Positions 17,934-28,075 of a DNA stretch of 42,356 bases are shown here, in pieces. The notes under the pieces were generated by a model, which was not told the DNA's origin, did no database searches, and worked only from the letters and a program-made list of their open reading frames with translations. A program made the translations under genes and the position numbers. The stretch covers positions 1 to 42,356 of the forward strand of contig JBAXIL010000012.1 of NCBI GenBank assembly GCA_037138355.1, read 5' to 3'. The stretch comes from a bacterium (GTDB taxonomy: Bacteria; Oederibacteriota; PGYV01; Palsa-1178). Numbering within the stretch: position 1 is the stretch's first letter; every line of letters starts with the position of its first letter.

Positions 17934-19721
17934 TTATTTTTTTTCCCATCTATTTTTTTCTTTCTCTGCCTCTTTATTCATTTTAGCATTAAAATAAATA
18001 CCGTAAAGATTATTATGAACTGTTTCATCCTTAGGATATAAAACAACCAGTTGCCTATATATATTTAAGGCCTCTTTGTGATTTCCTGCCATATATAATA
18101 TTTTCCCCTTATTTGATAAAACATCCTTATCCACAGGAGACATTACGAGGAACTTATCTAAACTAATTAGTGCCTCTTGATAATTTTTACCTTCTGCCAT
18201 ATTTATGGAATATTGCAAATAACCGTTTTTCGCGCATGTCGCACTTAACATATATTTTTTTGAATATATATCAGCTTCCTTTATTCTTCCTAAGCTATTT
18301 AATAATGGAACAAAATATGATAACGGTTTTTCATCGTAATAAAGTTGTTCTGCTTTTTCAAGAGCATAAACCGCAGCCGGCTTATTATTCGAGATAACAT
18401 TATTAATACCCGCATTTAAATATATACTGCCAGCCAGAATCCTTAATGAAGTCACAAATGTTAATAAAGCAATTCCTATAATAGCTGCTATTTGAAACCG
18501 TCCTACCTTAAGCTGTTGCCATTCAGCTAAAGCAATCCCCATAATAATAAAAAAATAAAGTTTGGTATCAAGTACAAAAAAAGGAAAATTAAAGAATGCC
18601 TGCACGCACATTCCTGTAAAAGCTATAATAGCAATAAACGCGAGAGTTTCTTTTTTTCTGATTAATGCATAAAAAACCGAAATAAGAAAAGTCATAAAAG
18701 CAAGCCAAACAAAAACTCCGCTTTCTGCAGCTATTTCTATAAAATCATTATGCAAATGGTCTGTCTCTAAATAAGGACCTGCTTTTGCATACTGACAATA
18801 AACATTTTTTATACTTGCTAAGCCAGTTCCTGTCCAAAAATTATGGCTAAACATTTTTAGACCAGTCTGCCACATGTCAAACCTGCCATGTAAATCTACA
18901 TTGGCAGCCAAGCTTGCGCTCGTGAACCTTTGTATGATACTTTGCCCACTTCCTGTAACTACAATAATAATGAAAGATAGCAATAACCCCAATAATATAT
19001 ACCCATAATTCGTTTTAAAATATTTCCAAAACAAGAATAGAAGCAGGACGAGAATCACAGTATAAGCAACAATTGAACTTCTTGTTTGACTAAAAAATAT
19101 AGTGAGCGATAAAAAGAAAAACAGAAAAACTGATGTTATATTTCTGCCGTTTTCTTGATTAAAACATACCACCATAGGTACGGTTAAAACAAGAAAGCCA
19201 CCAAGAAAATCAGGGTTTCCAAGTGAAGAAAATGAACGGCCTGAGAAATTTGTAATCCAGCCACCCATATCAAAGTGCATGACCTGTAACAAAGCATACA
19301 AAGCCACAAGAAAAGAAGAAACCATGATCAAAATAACAACGCGCTTTATTTCCTTCGGTCTTAGAAAATGTTTTGCGTATAAAAATACAGCCAAAACGCC
19401 GAACCACTCCATCCAACGCATTAGAGCCTGTATTTTATATGCTGATAATACTGCACTAATAGTAATTAAGAACATAAAAATAAAGGTAACATAATCAGGC
19501 AAATGTAATTTTAAATATTTAAGGTTAAATAAAACAGGAATCATAAATTGTATAGCGCCTGCCAATAAAATGAATTTAGGAAGATAGTACGCATCCTCAC
19601 ATTTTTGAATAAAAGTTAGCGGTAAGAAAAAGACAAGCATATAAAAATACAGATTGAAGTATTTAGTAAATAGATTTGATTTTGTATTCATGGGCTTATG
19701 ATACCATAACTCTTGACGCAA
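17934..19721 (-). CDS. O-antigen-ligase (Wzy_C)-family membrane protein with C-terminal TPR-like region
   Basis: Multiple TM helices; S.LGNP.FL.G, SQTR, R...W, G.G, HLHNDF motifs. Start may be the ATG at 19691. Confidence 0.85.
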   Translation of the reverse strand: MRQELWYHKPMNTKSNLFTKYFNLYFYMLVFFLPLTFIQKCEDAYYLPKFILLAGAIQFMIPVLFNLKYLKLHLPDYVTFIFMFLITISAVLSAYKIQALMRWMEWFGVLAVFLYAKHFLRPKEIKRVVILIMVSSFLVALYALLQVMHFDMGGWITNFSGRSFSSLGNPDFLGGFLVLTVPMVVCFNQENGRNITSVFLFFFLSLTIFFSQTRSSIVAYTVILVLLLFLFWKYFKTNYGYILLGLLLSFIIIVVTGSGQSIIQRFTSASLAANVDLHGRFDMWQTGLKMFSHNFWTGTGLASIKNVYCQYAKAGPYLETDHLHNDFIEIAAESGVFVWLAFMTFLISVFYALIRKKETLAFIAIIAFTGMCVQAFFNFPFFVLDTKLYFFIIMGIALAEWQQLKVGRFQIAAIIGIALLTFVTSLRILAGSIYLNAGINNVISNNKPAAVYALEKAEQLYYDEKPLSYFVPLLNSLGRIKEADIYSKKYMLSATCAKNGYLQYSINMAEGKNYQEALISLDKFLVMSPVDKDVLSNKGKILYMAGNHKEALNIYRQLVVLYPKDETVHNNLYGIYFNAKMNKEAEKEKNRWEKK

Positions 19722-19756
19722 AACAATTACAAGAAACTAACTCAATCCTCACTATA

Positions 19757-20725
19757 TTACCTTTTTTTCCTTAGCATTTTTAATGCTTTCATAAAATCTT
19801 GAGGCAAAGGTGCGGTGAAATCCATTTTTTTACCTGTCACAGGATGTATGAACTTAAGGTTATATGCGTGTAACATTTGTCTTGGAAGAATATCATTTAT
19901 TTTATCTGCCTCATATCCGCAATAAGCAACCATAGCTAAATCTTTCTTTTTGTCACCATAAACTGAGTCACCTACCACGCAATGTTTAATATATTGCATG
20001 TGCACTCTTATCTGATGAGTTCTCCCAGTCAATATTTTTACTTTAAGCAAGGTTGAATTTGAAAAGGTTTCTTCAGGATAATATAAAGTCAGCGCTTCTT
20101 TACCGTGCATTAATTTTGCAGTAAACTTTTTTCTGTCATTTGTATCCCTGTTTATAAATGTCTCTACCTTGCCCTCTTGTGCTAAAACTCCATGCACTAT
20201 AACTTTGTAGTTTTTTTCAAGCTCTCTGGCCTTAAACATTTTCACTAAAGCTATTGATGCCTTATCGTGTTTGGCTATAACCATAATTCCAGAAGTATCT
20301 TTGTCTAACCTATGTACCACACCGAACCTTTTGGCATCTCCAGTAAAATTTTTTGGATTCACATGCTTACCTATAATCGCATTAACCAGAGTTCCATCTT
20401 TATGCCCTGGAGCTGGATGAACCACAAGACCTGCCTGTTTGTTTATAACAAGAATATCTTTATCTTCATGGATAATATCCAAAGGTATGTCATTATGCTC
20501 AGGAGGTTTTTCTTCCAAAAACTCTTCAATATATTCTATCAAATCGCCTTGCCTAACCATTTGGCTATATGCCTTTACAACTTTTTGGTTCAAAAAAACT
20601 TGGGCTGTTTCCACGAGCTTTTGTATTTGTCCACGGGATAATTCAGTCATATCGCGCATATATGTGTCTATTCTTTGCTTGCTCGTTAAGTCAACCCTTA
20701 ATTCTTTTTTTTCCATTTTTCCCAC
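19757..20725 (-). CDS. rluD: RluA/RluD-family pseudouridine synthase
   Basis: S4-like N-terminus; NKQAGLVVHP, VHRLDKDTSG, TGRTHQIRVH, QMLHA. Confidence 0.88.
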   Translation of the reverse strand: MGKMEKKELRVDLTSKQRIDTYMRDMTELSRGQIQKLVETAQVFLNQKVVKAYSQMVRQGDLIEYIEEFLEEKPPEHNDIPLDIIHEDKDILVINKQAGLVVHPAPGHKDGTLVNAIIGKHVNPKNFTGDAKRFGVVHRLDKDTSGIMVIAKHDKASIALVKMFKARELEKNYKVIVHGVLAQEGKVETFINRDTNDRKKFTAKLMHGKEALTLYYPEETFSNSTLLKVKILTGRTHQIRVHMQYIKHCVVGDSVYGDKKKDLAMVAYCGYEADKINDILPRQMLHAYNLKFIHPVTGKKMDFTAPLPQDFMKALKMLRKKR

Positions 20726-20734
20726 TTAATTTTT

Positions 20735-21490
20735 TTATACGGTCTTTTGTTTTTTCAATCTCAAATATATAAATCCAATTATTCCTACAGCGATAAGAAA
20801 AATACTAATAAATGAAGAAGTAGAAATACTTAAAAAAGTCCCTCTCTCTGGGTCTCCGCGAAACATTTCTATTATCAGGCGTATAACTCCGTAATTAAAT
20901 GAATATAAGAAAAGCACATCCCCTGTTTTTCTTTTTTTATTTCTAAAAAATAAAATCAACACAATAAAATTTAGAAAATTAAGTGCTGACTCATAAAGTT
21001 GTGTTGGTAGATGTTTTAAATGGTCCCCAATACCTGGAAAGATAACTCCATAATTCTCATTTATTGCACCGTAACAGCAAGCATTATAGTAACATCCTAT
21101 CCTGCCTATAGCATGTGCAAGTGCCAGAAAAGGCATCATAATATCCGCTATTTTAAATGCTGGTAATTGTTTGTATCTTCCCCACGCTATGGCACCTATA
21201 AAACCACCTATTAAACCACCATAAAAAACAAGTCCGCCTTCCCAAACCTTAAATATTTCTGCTAAGTGGACGGCAAAATATTTCCACCAGACAATCACAT
21301 AAAGTGCCCTTGCCCCGATTATAGAACAAATAATAATAACAAGACCAAGATCAAGTATAATGTCAGGGTTAATGCTTCTTTTTTTAGCAAGTATGGAGCT
21401 TAAATATATACCTGTCATAAAAGCAATAGCTGTCAGTACCCCATAAACTCTAATCTCAAGAGTGCCTATCGTAAAGAGTATTGGATGCAT
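20735..21490 (-). CDS. lgt: Prolipoprotein diacylglyceryl transferase
   Basis: GAR..YV, W.GGL.FYGG, IGRIGC, PTQLYE, IE.FR.D. Confidence 0.95.
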   Translation of the reverse strand: MHPILFTIGTLEIRVYGVLTAIAFMTGIYLSSILAKKRSINPDIILDLGLVIIICSIIGARALYVIVWWKYFAVHLAEIFKVWEGGLVFYGGLIGGFIGAIAWGRYKQLPAFKIADIMMPFLALAHAIGRIGCYYNACCYGAINENYGVIFPGIGDHLKHLPTQLYESALNFLNFIVLILFFRNKKRKTGDVLFLYSFNYGVIRLIIEMFRGDPERGTFLSISTSSFISIFLIAVGIIGFIYLRLKKQKTV

Positions 21491-21491
21491 T

Positions 21492-21974
21492 TTATTTTTC
21501 CTCTACTTGTTCTTTTGTAATTATCAAATATATAACGAAAAGAAAAACACCTACCGAAACAGCAGAATCTGCGATATTGAAAACTGGCCAAGACAACTGC
21601 TTGAATCCCACTTCAATAAAATCAATCACACTGCCACGAAGTGTCCTGTCTATCAAATTGCCAGCAGCGCCTCCTGTTATTAAACCCAAAGAAAAATTAA
21701 AAAGAAAGGTCTTATGTGTATTTTTAATCCAATAAAATATTATAGCAATAATAGCCACAAAAATTATCCCACACAAAATCCATCTTTTAAGCTGATTTTC
21801 TCCCTGACCTGTTAAACCAAAAGCAATTCCGTAGTTTTCAATATATGTTATATTAAATATGTCCGGAATTACTTTAATAGTTTCATAAAGTTTTATGTGG
21901 GTTTTAATAAAGACTTTCACAAGCTGGTCAACAACTATTACAAAACCAGCTGTTAAAAAGAACTGCGGTATCAT
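21492..21974 (-). CDS. lspA: Signal peptidase II
   Basis: DQL.K, N.G.AFG, GGA.GNLIDR, VIDF, FNIAD. Confidence 0.95.
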   Translation of the reverse strand: MIPQFFLTAGFVIVVDQLVKVFIKTHIKLYETIKVIPDIFNITYIENYGIAFGLTGQGENQLKRWILCGIIFVAIIAIIFYWIKNTHKTFLFNFSLGLITGGAAGNLIDRTLRGSVIDFIEVGFKQLSWPVFNIADSAVSVGVFLFVIYLIITKEQVEEK

Positions 21975-21992
21975 ATGTTCTCCTGTATTTAT

Positions 21993-22328
21993 CTAATGTC
22001 CTATTGTTTTGGCAGTGTCAGTTATACTTTCGCCCATAAAATGATATATCTGTGCCAACTGTTCGCCTATCCAAGGTGCCCCACCAAGTTTGTGAAGAGT
22101 ATGTTTTAATAGAGCAACTAACAATGCCCCTACAACAGTCGCACCTAAAAGAAAACCTATGCCTCTGGAAAGCCCAATAATAAAATTCCAATAAAGTAAC
22201 TTAAATGGCTGCTTACGAGCTTCAATAAATGCCTCAATATTTCCAGCCTCAAATATATCTGATAATTTTTCAACCGAAGACCTTTTAGCTCTTTCTTTAA
22301 TATCTTTTTTATTTTTTATTTTTGCCAT
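21993..22328 (-). CDS. Small membrane protein, DUF5665-like
   Basis: NF..GL.RG.GF..GATVV hydrophobic motif. Confidence 0.65.
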   Translation of the reverse strand: MAKIKNKKDIKERAKRSSVEKLSDIFEAGNIEAFIEARKQPFKLLYWNFIIGLSRGIGFLLGATVVGALLVALLKHTLHKLGGAPWIGEQLAQIYHFMGESITDTAKTIGH

Positions 22329-22377
22329 GCAGTCCTCCCAATTTCATCGGTTTAAATTCTAAAATCAAATATTTTGC

Positions 22378-25143
22378 CTACAGATTGTCCACACAACGAC
22401 CACAAAGTTCTGGATAATCCTCATTTTTACCTACATCATCTACAAAACGCCAGCATCTGCCGCACTTTACACCTTCTGCTTTACCTGCTTCTACAGATAA
22501 GCCAGCTTCTATATCACCTTCTTTTAAATCAAAAGGCATATAATGGATTTTTGAAACTATAAACACTGGCTCTAACTCGTGTTGATATTTTTTAAATATT
22601 TCATGAAGTGTCTTTGACGAATATTTTATTGTAATCGCCGACTCGTATGGATGTTTTATTTCGCCAGCCGCTCTTTTCTTTTCTATTTCTTTTAAAGCTA
22701 TATCACGCACTGTCCCTATGACATCCCAGTCCACAGAATCCACTCCTGAAAGTTTCTGTTCTTTTGGTTCATCCCATAATTCCCACTGCACATGTTTTTC
22801 TTTTTTTAAACCTTCTGGTATGAACTGCCATGCTTCATCCGCTGTATAAGCCAACACTGGTGCAATCATTTTAATAAGATTTTTCAACATTTTATATACT
22901 ACGGTCTGGCCGCTTCTTCTACCCAAAGAATCTTGTTTGAAAGTATATAATCTATCTTTAAGCACATCAAAATAAAAAGAAGAAAGGAAAGTAGAACAAA
23001 ACTGCATATATTCCCTGTAAACTTTATATAGTTCATAACTTTCATAATATTTTTCCACACTCGTTTCAAGTTCTGCGAGTCTATGAAGAGCATATTGGTC
23101 AAACTTTAACATTTTTTCAAAAGGTACTTCATCTGTTTGTTTGTAATCTTCAACAGCGCCGAGCATAAATCTAAAAGTATTCCTGATTCTTCTGTAGGAA
23201 TCAGTTACGCGTGCCATAATTTCTTCCGAAATAGGTTGATCTGTTTTAAAATCTTCTGATGCCACCCATAAACGCAGAACATCTGCTCCGCCTTTTTTTA
23301 TCAAGTCAAGCGGATCAATAACATTGCCGAGAGATTTGTGCATGGCCTTACCCTGTCCATCAAGTATCCAACCGTGACTTATGACTGACTTAAAGGGAGC
23401 TTTGCCTTTCACGCCTACTGCTGTAAGCAGTGAAGACTGAAACCAACCTCTATACTGGTCAGAACCTTCTATGTATAAATCAGCTGGCCAACCAAGCTCT
23501 TCATAATTTTCTAAAACAGAAAAACTGGATGCTCCAGAATCAAACCATACATCAAATATATCATTTTCTTTTTCAAGCTTTGTGCCATTACATTTTGGAC
23601 ACTTCATATCTCCAAGTATTTCCTGGACTGTATGAGTGTACCAACCATCACTACCAAATTGTTTTATTAATACATGTATTTTATCAATAGTTTCCTGAGT
23701 CACTATGGACTCACCACAATCAGTACAAGAAAAAACAAAGATAGGAACGCCCCATGACCTTTGCCTGGAAATACACCAATCAGGCCTGCTTTCTATCATT
23801 TTAGTTATTCTACTTTCGCCCCAATCATTAAGCCATTTTACTGTTTTTACTGCCTCTATTGCCTGCTGCCTAAAATTGTTTTTTTCCATAGAAATAAACC
23901 ACTGATTAGTGGCACGGAATATAATAGGACTCTTACAACGCCAGCAATGTGGATATGAATGATTTATTTTTTCCTCAGCCATTAAAGCACCGTTAGCTCT
24001 TAATATTTCAACTACTTTTGGATTTGCCGCAAAAACGTTTTCACCTTTTAATGGTTCAAACTCTTCAGTAAAGCGCCCTCTATTATCCACAGGATTTAAA
24101 ATAGGAAGTTTATACTTCAAGCTTGATACATAATCTTCGTGACCGTGGCCAGGTGCTATGTGCACACAACCTGTACCTGTTTCAAGTGTTACATAATCAG
24201 CATTTATCACAAGAGCTTCTCTATCTATAAATGGATGGCTGCACTTTATAAACTCTAACTCACTACCTTTGTAAGTTTTAATTTCTTTTATATCTGTCAA
24301 ACCTGCTTTTTCCACAAATGTTTTTACAAGTTCTTTGGCAGTAATATATTTTACTCCAGCAGCTTCAAAAAGCAAATATTCAAAATCTGGATGAACCGCT
24401 ACTGCCACATTTGCAGGTAAAGTCCACGGAGTGGTGGTCCATATCACTATATTAGCATCCGTTCCTGGCTTACCTTTGGATTCCGAATCATTTTTTATTT
24501 TAAACTTCACATAAACCGAAGGAGTTGAATGGTCGTGATATTCTACTTCTGCTTCGGCAAGTGCTGTTTCACATTTGTAGCACCAATAAACTGGTTTTAA
24601 TCCTCTGTATATCATTCCCTTGCGGTACATTTCCCAAAATATATCTACCATTTTATCTTCATAGGATTTATTTAATGTAAGATAAGGCTTGTCCCACTCG
24701 CCAATAATTCCGAGTCTCTTGAATTGTTCCATTTGGAGTTTTACATATTTCATTGCGTAAACAGTACAGTGTGACCTGATTTCAGCTTTAGTCATTGTGG
24801 CTGCTTTTGAACCTAAATTTTCCATAACTTTATGTTCTATAGGCATACCATGACAATCCCAACCTGGAACATAAGGTGCATAAAATCCTTTAAAATTTTT
24901 ATAACGAACAATAATATCTTTTAGAACTTTATTTAAAGTATGTCCCATATGTATATTACCATTGGCATAAGGTGGTCCATCGTGCAGTATATATTTCTGC
25001 GCGCCTTCGCGTTTTTTGAGCATGGTCTCATATAATTTATCCTCTTCCCACTTTTTGAACATTTCAGGCTCACGCTGATTTAGATTTCCCTTCATGGGGA
25101 AGTCTGTTTTTGGCAACTTTATGGATGTATCTTTTTTTTCCAT
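22378..25143 (-). CDS. ileS: Isoleucine--tRNA ligase (type 1, C-terminal Zn finger)
   Basis: HDGPPYANG.IHMGH, GWDCHG, WTTTPWTLP, GTG.VH.APGHG, DWCISRQR.WG, AMHKS (KMSKS variant), C.RCW...C.RC. Confidence 0.97.
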   Translation of the reverse strand: MEKKDTSIKLPKTDFPMKGNLNQREPEMFKKWEEDKLYETMLKKREGAQKYILHDGPPYANGNIHMGHTLNKVLKDIIVRYKNFKGFYAPYVPGWDCHGMPIEHKVMENLGSKAATMTKAEIRSHCTVYAMKYVKLQMEQFKRLGIIGEWDKPYLTLNKSYEDKMVDIFWEMYRKGMIYRGLKPVYWCYKCETALAEAEVEYHDHSTPSVYVKFKIKNDSESKGKPGTDANIVIWTTTPWTLPANVAVAVHPDFEYLLFEAAGVKYITAKELVKTFVEKAGLTDIKEIKTYKGSELEFIKCSHPFIDREALVINADYVTLETGTGCVHIAPGHGHEDYVSSLKYKLPILNPVDNRGRFTEEFEPLKGENVFAANPKVVEILRANGALMAEEKINHSYPHCWRCKSPIIFRATNQWFISMEKNNFRQQAIEAVKTVKWLNDWGESRITKMIESRPDWCISRQRSWGVPIFVFSCTDCGESIVTQETIDKIHVLIKQFGSDGWYTHTVQEILGDMKCPKCNGTKLEKENDIFDVWFDSGASSFSVLENYEELGWPADLYIEGSDQYRGWFQSSLLTAVGVKGKAPFKSVISHGWILDGQGKAMHKSLGNVIDPLDLIKKGGADVLRLWVASEDFKTDQPISEEIMARVTDSYRRIRNTFRFMLGAVEDYKQTDEVPFEKMLKFDQYALHRLAELETSVEKYYESYELYKVYREYMQFCSTFLSSFYFDVLKDRLYTFKQDSLGRRSGQTVVYKMLKNLIKMIAPVLAYTADEAWQFIPEGLKKEKHVQWELWDEPKEQKLSGVDSVDWDVIGTVRDIALKEIEKKRAAGEIKHPYESAITIKYSSKTLHEIFKKYQHELEPVFIVSKIHYMPFDLKEGDIEAGLSVEAGKAEGVKCGRCWRFVDDVGKNEDYPELCGRCVDNL

Positions 25144-25322
25144 ACTTATATGGTCTCCTTAAGTTATGTGTGTAGAGTTTTACAATACAAAATCAAGGTA
25201 TTTTTACATATTTTAGAGCCTTTGGCAATATAATAAAACCGCGCTCTTTGAGCTTCTAATTATAGGGTTGATAAGAATGCTTACTAATAATAACATTTAT
25301 TCAAGAGCTCTTTCTTCTTTCC

Positions 25323-25351
25323 TTGACTAAACACTTCTTTTATATTATGCT
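25323..25351 (+). promoter_or_regulatory. Probable sigma70 promoter
   Basis: TTGACT-17 nt-TATGCT upstream of the AGGAGG RBS of the 25421 gene. Confidence 0.5.
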
Positions 25352-25420
25352 TTTATATGAAAATAAGGTAATTAAAATAATAGTATTTATCAAAAAAATA
25401 AAATCTTTAAGGAGGCGGAA

Positions 25421-26017
25421 ATGAAGCTTTCAAAAATTTTAATCACCGCATTATTTATGCTTATCTTTTCATCAATCTTTGCTTACATCCCCGAGAACAC
25501 TGAGGAAAATCAATTTGTTCCAAAAATACTGGGCAAATCAGCAGAAGTTTCCAAGCTTGTTGATGACGGCATAAAAGCAGTAAGACAGGAAGTGGTAAGC
25601 TCAACTTATAAAACTAATAATCAGGGAAGCTTAATAAAAGATAGAAACAGCCCTAAACTTGTTGAAGAAAATACAACCACCACAGAAGTGCTTTACTATG
25701 AGCCAAAAGAAGAAATCTACGAAGCCAGAGTAGTTATGGATGAGTTGCTTTTATGGCTTACACTATACAAAACAGCATCTGCTGAGGATCTTATCACTTA
25801 TAAAAAGATTAAAGGATACATAGAAACTAAGAGCAAAACTTTAGATAAAATAATTTATTCCTTAAAATACCAAAAAGATAATAAAGATTACATAATGAAG
25901 CATAAGTTTGATTTGAAAAAGTGCGATAAAGATATTGAAAGATACAAAACCAGACTGAAAGGCAAAATTCAACTAATAAGCGGTAAACCGCTTCCTGAAC
26001 CAACTCAGGAAAAATAA
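25421..26017 (+). CDS. Secreted hypothetical protein
   Basis: AGGAGG RBS; Sec signal peptide (..SIFA); Lys-rich, probably helical C-terminal half; followed by a terminator. Confidence 0.7.
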   Translation: MKLSKILITALFMLIFSSIFAYIPENTEENQFVPKILGKSAEVSKLVDDGIKAVRQEVVSSTYKTNNQGSLIKDRNSPKLVEENTTTTEVLYYEPKEEIYEARVVMDELLLWLTLYKTASAEDLITYKKIKGYIETKSKTLDKIIYSLKYQKDNKDYIMKHKFDLKKCDKDIERYKTRLKGKIQLISGKPLPEPTQEK

Positions 26018-26032
26018 CATACGAAAAAAAAT

Positions 26033-26066
26033 ACAAAAGCCGCTTAAACAGCGGCTTTGTTTTTTT
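26033..26066 (+). terminator. Rho-independent terminator
   Basis: AAAGCCGCT-taaac-AGCGGCTTT followed by G and a T-tract. Confidence 0.8.
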
Positions 26067-26080
26067 AAAAGGAAAAATAA

Positions 26081-27382
26081 ATGAATAAAAGGTTTCTGCT
26101 TATCTTGCTCCTTCCTTTCGCTATTTCTTTTGGCTGTGCCCCACTTAATTTTTATGCAAAGCTTGACCCATTTATTATTTCTGGGAATTACAAAGCAGCT
26201 GCCGATATAGTAGAAACTGAGAAAAAACAATATGAAGGCATGCACGAATTGCTTTACTATTTTGACAAGGGTTCCCTTCTTCAAATGCTCGGTGACTATA
26301 AGGCAAGTGCAACCAATCTGGATAAAGCCGAAGAAACTATTGATTCTCTATATACAAAAAGTGCTACAAAAGAGCTCAGCTCCTTTTTATCCAATGACAT
26401 GAACCTGCCCTACGAAGGAGAAGATTTTGAACAAGTTATGGTAAATACAATAAAAGCTCTAAACTACATGTATCTTAATGACTATGAAGGTGCTCGCGTA
26501 GAGGCCAGAAAAGTCAATAACAGACTGAACTTACTGTCAGACCGATATGAAGGAAAAAACAAATACAAAGATGATGCCTTTGCAAGATATCTATCGGCCT
26601 TTTCATACGAAGCAGAAAATAATTTAAATGATGCTTACATAGATTATAAAAAATCATACAAGGCCTATCTTGATTATGGTGGACTTTATGGGACACAAGT
26701 TCCTAATGAACTCAAACGCGACCTATTGAGAGTTTCAGAAGCTCTTAATTTCACTGACGATTACGCTAATTACAAAAATACTTTTCCAAATATTTCTTAC
26801 ATAAAACAAAGTGAACTAAATACTGCTGGGGAAGTATTGATAATTATTTATGATGGAATGGCACCTTATAAAATCAATAATTTCGTCAATACTTCCGTTT
26901 ATAATGAAAAGACTAAGAAAAACACAATAATAAAAGTAGCTTTTCCTATATTCGTAACCCGCAATTACGCAGTAAATACAGTAACTGCAGATATTAACGG
27001 AAGGCAATTTCGTTCCTTTATTGCCGAGGACATAAACACTATGGCAATAAAAAATCTTGAAGAAAAAAATGCTTTGATTTCCCTTAAGGCAATCGCAAGA
27101 GCTACTGCCAAATATTTAGCCAAAGAAAGTATAAGCACCAATGTAAAGAATAGTTGGCTCGACCTTGCAATGGATGTATATAATTTAGCTTCAGAACAGG
27201 CTGACACGCGTAGTTGGAGAACATTGCCTGCTCGCTTTCATATAATTAAAATGCAGTTAGTTCCTGGAAGGTATGAAGTAAAACTTAAGCTAAATATGGC
27301 TAATGGCACCGTACGAGAGCAATCAATACAGCTTCAGTTAAAAGAAAAACAAAAAAAGGCAGTTCCTATATTCGCTTTTTAA
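26081..27382 (+). CDS. COG3014-family lipoprotein
   Basis: Lipobox SFGC; Y.GE..E...N..KALNY...ARVE.R; E.ADTRSW.TLP. Confidence 0.8.
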   Translation: MNKRFLLILLLPFAISFGCAPLNFYAKLDPFIISGNYKAAADIVETEKKQYEGMHELLYYFDKGSLLQMLGDYKASATNLDKAEETIDSLYTKSATKELSSFLSNDMNLPYEGEDFEQVMVNTIKALNYMYLNDYEGARVEARKVNNRLNLLSDRYEGKNKYKDDAFARYLSAFSYEAENNLNDAYIDYKKSYKAYLDYGGLYGTQVPNELKRDLLRVSEALNFTDDYANYKNTFPNISYIKQSELNTAGEVLIIIYDGMAPYKINNFVNTSVYNEKTKKNTIIKVAFPIFVTRNYAVNTVTADINGRQFRSFIAEDINTMAIKNLEEKNALISLKAIARATAKYLAKESISTNVKNSWLDLAMDVYNLASEQADTRSWRTLPARFHIIKMQLVPGRYEVKLKLNMANGTVREQSIQLQLKEKQKKAVPIFAF

Positions 27383-27401
27383 AAAAAATATTTTTAAAAA
27401 A

Positions 27402-27430
27402 AAAAGGACGGGCTTTTCGCCCGTCCTTTT
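27402..27430. terminator. Bidirectional Rho-independent terminator between convergent genes
   Basis: A-tract GGACGGGC-ttttc-GCCCGTCC TTTT. Confidence 0.88.
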
Positions 27431-27445
27431 GTATTTCAGCCCTAA

Positions 27446-28048
27446 TTAAAAGCCCATACCTGGCTTATCAATAATCTTCTTAATTTTCTTTTGTCCTACC
27501 CATTCCTTTTCATTTGTTTCTGTATTCCAAAGTTCGAGATCAATTTCATAAAAAATAGCTTTCTTTCCAGAAATTTGATCCACTATGGAAGTCAAAACTC
27601 CCTTAAGCATATAGTCAGCTGCTATTTCCTTTTGGAAACTCTTTTTAGTTTTAGCAGAAGCATAATCCTGCATATCAGCTCTTTCATCCCTAATCTCTTC
27701 TCTCTCTGCCTTAGAAGCTACAAACTTAACATCACCAGAGTTTGTAAGTTGGTTTTCTATATCTTTTCTAAATGTATCTATTTCTATGTGCTCGTCTGTT
27801 TTATTTACTATAGTTCCAACGATCACTCTCGGTTCCACGCCTTTTTCTTTTAAGAACCTGCGTAACCAAGGTCTCTCAAGCATTTCTTTCACCATCTGTT
27901 CGGACACAAGCTGTGAATCAGTATCATTCCATCTGCCTGATAAATCTGTTACTGTGTCTGTTGCAACTCTTTGAACAGTAGTTCCTGCGCAAGACGCGAA
28001 AATTATCGCGACTGCAAGAAGAGCTAATACCGCTATTAACTTTTTCAT
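27446..28048 (-). CDS. LpoB-like lipoprotein (CsgG/LpoB fold)
   Basis: Lipobox FASC; DLSGRWNDTD, N.T.EHI, ADYML.G, W.G.KKIKK. Confidence 0.8.
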   Translation of the reverse strand: MKKLIAVLALLAVAIIFASCAGTTVQRVATDTVTDLSGRWNDTDSQLVSEQMVKEMLERPWLRRFLKEKGVEPRVIVGTIVNKTDEHIEIDTFRKDIENQLTNSGDVKFVASKAEREEIRDERADMQDYASAKTKKSFQKEIAADYMLKGVLTSIVDQISGKKAIFYEIDLELWNTETNEKEWVGQKKIKKIIDKPGMGF

Positions 28049-28075
28049 CTAATCCTCCTTATTCATATTTTATTT

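Noticed and set aside
25144..25420. T-box riboswitch upstream of ileS
   Set aside because: No T-box consensus or terminator/antiterminator found; the region reads as an AT-rich divergent promoter region.
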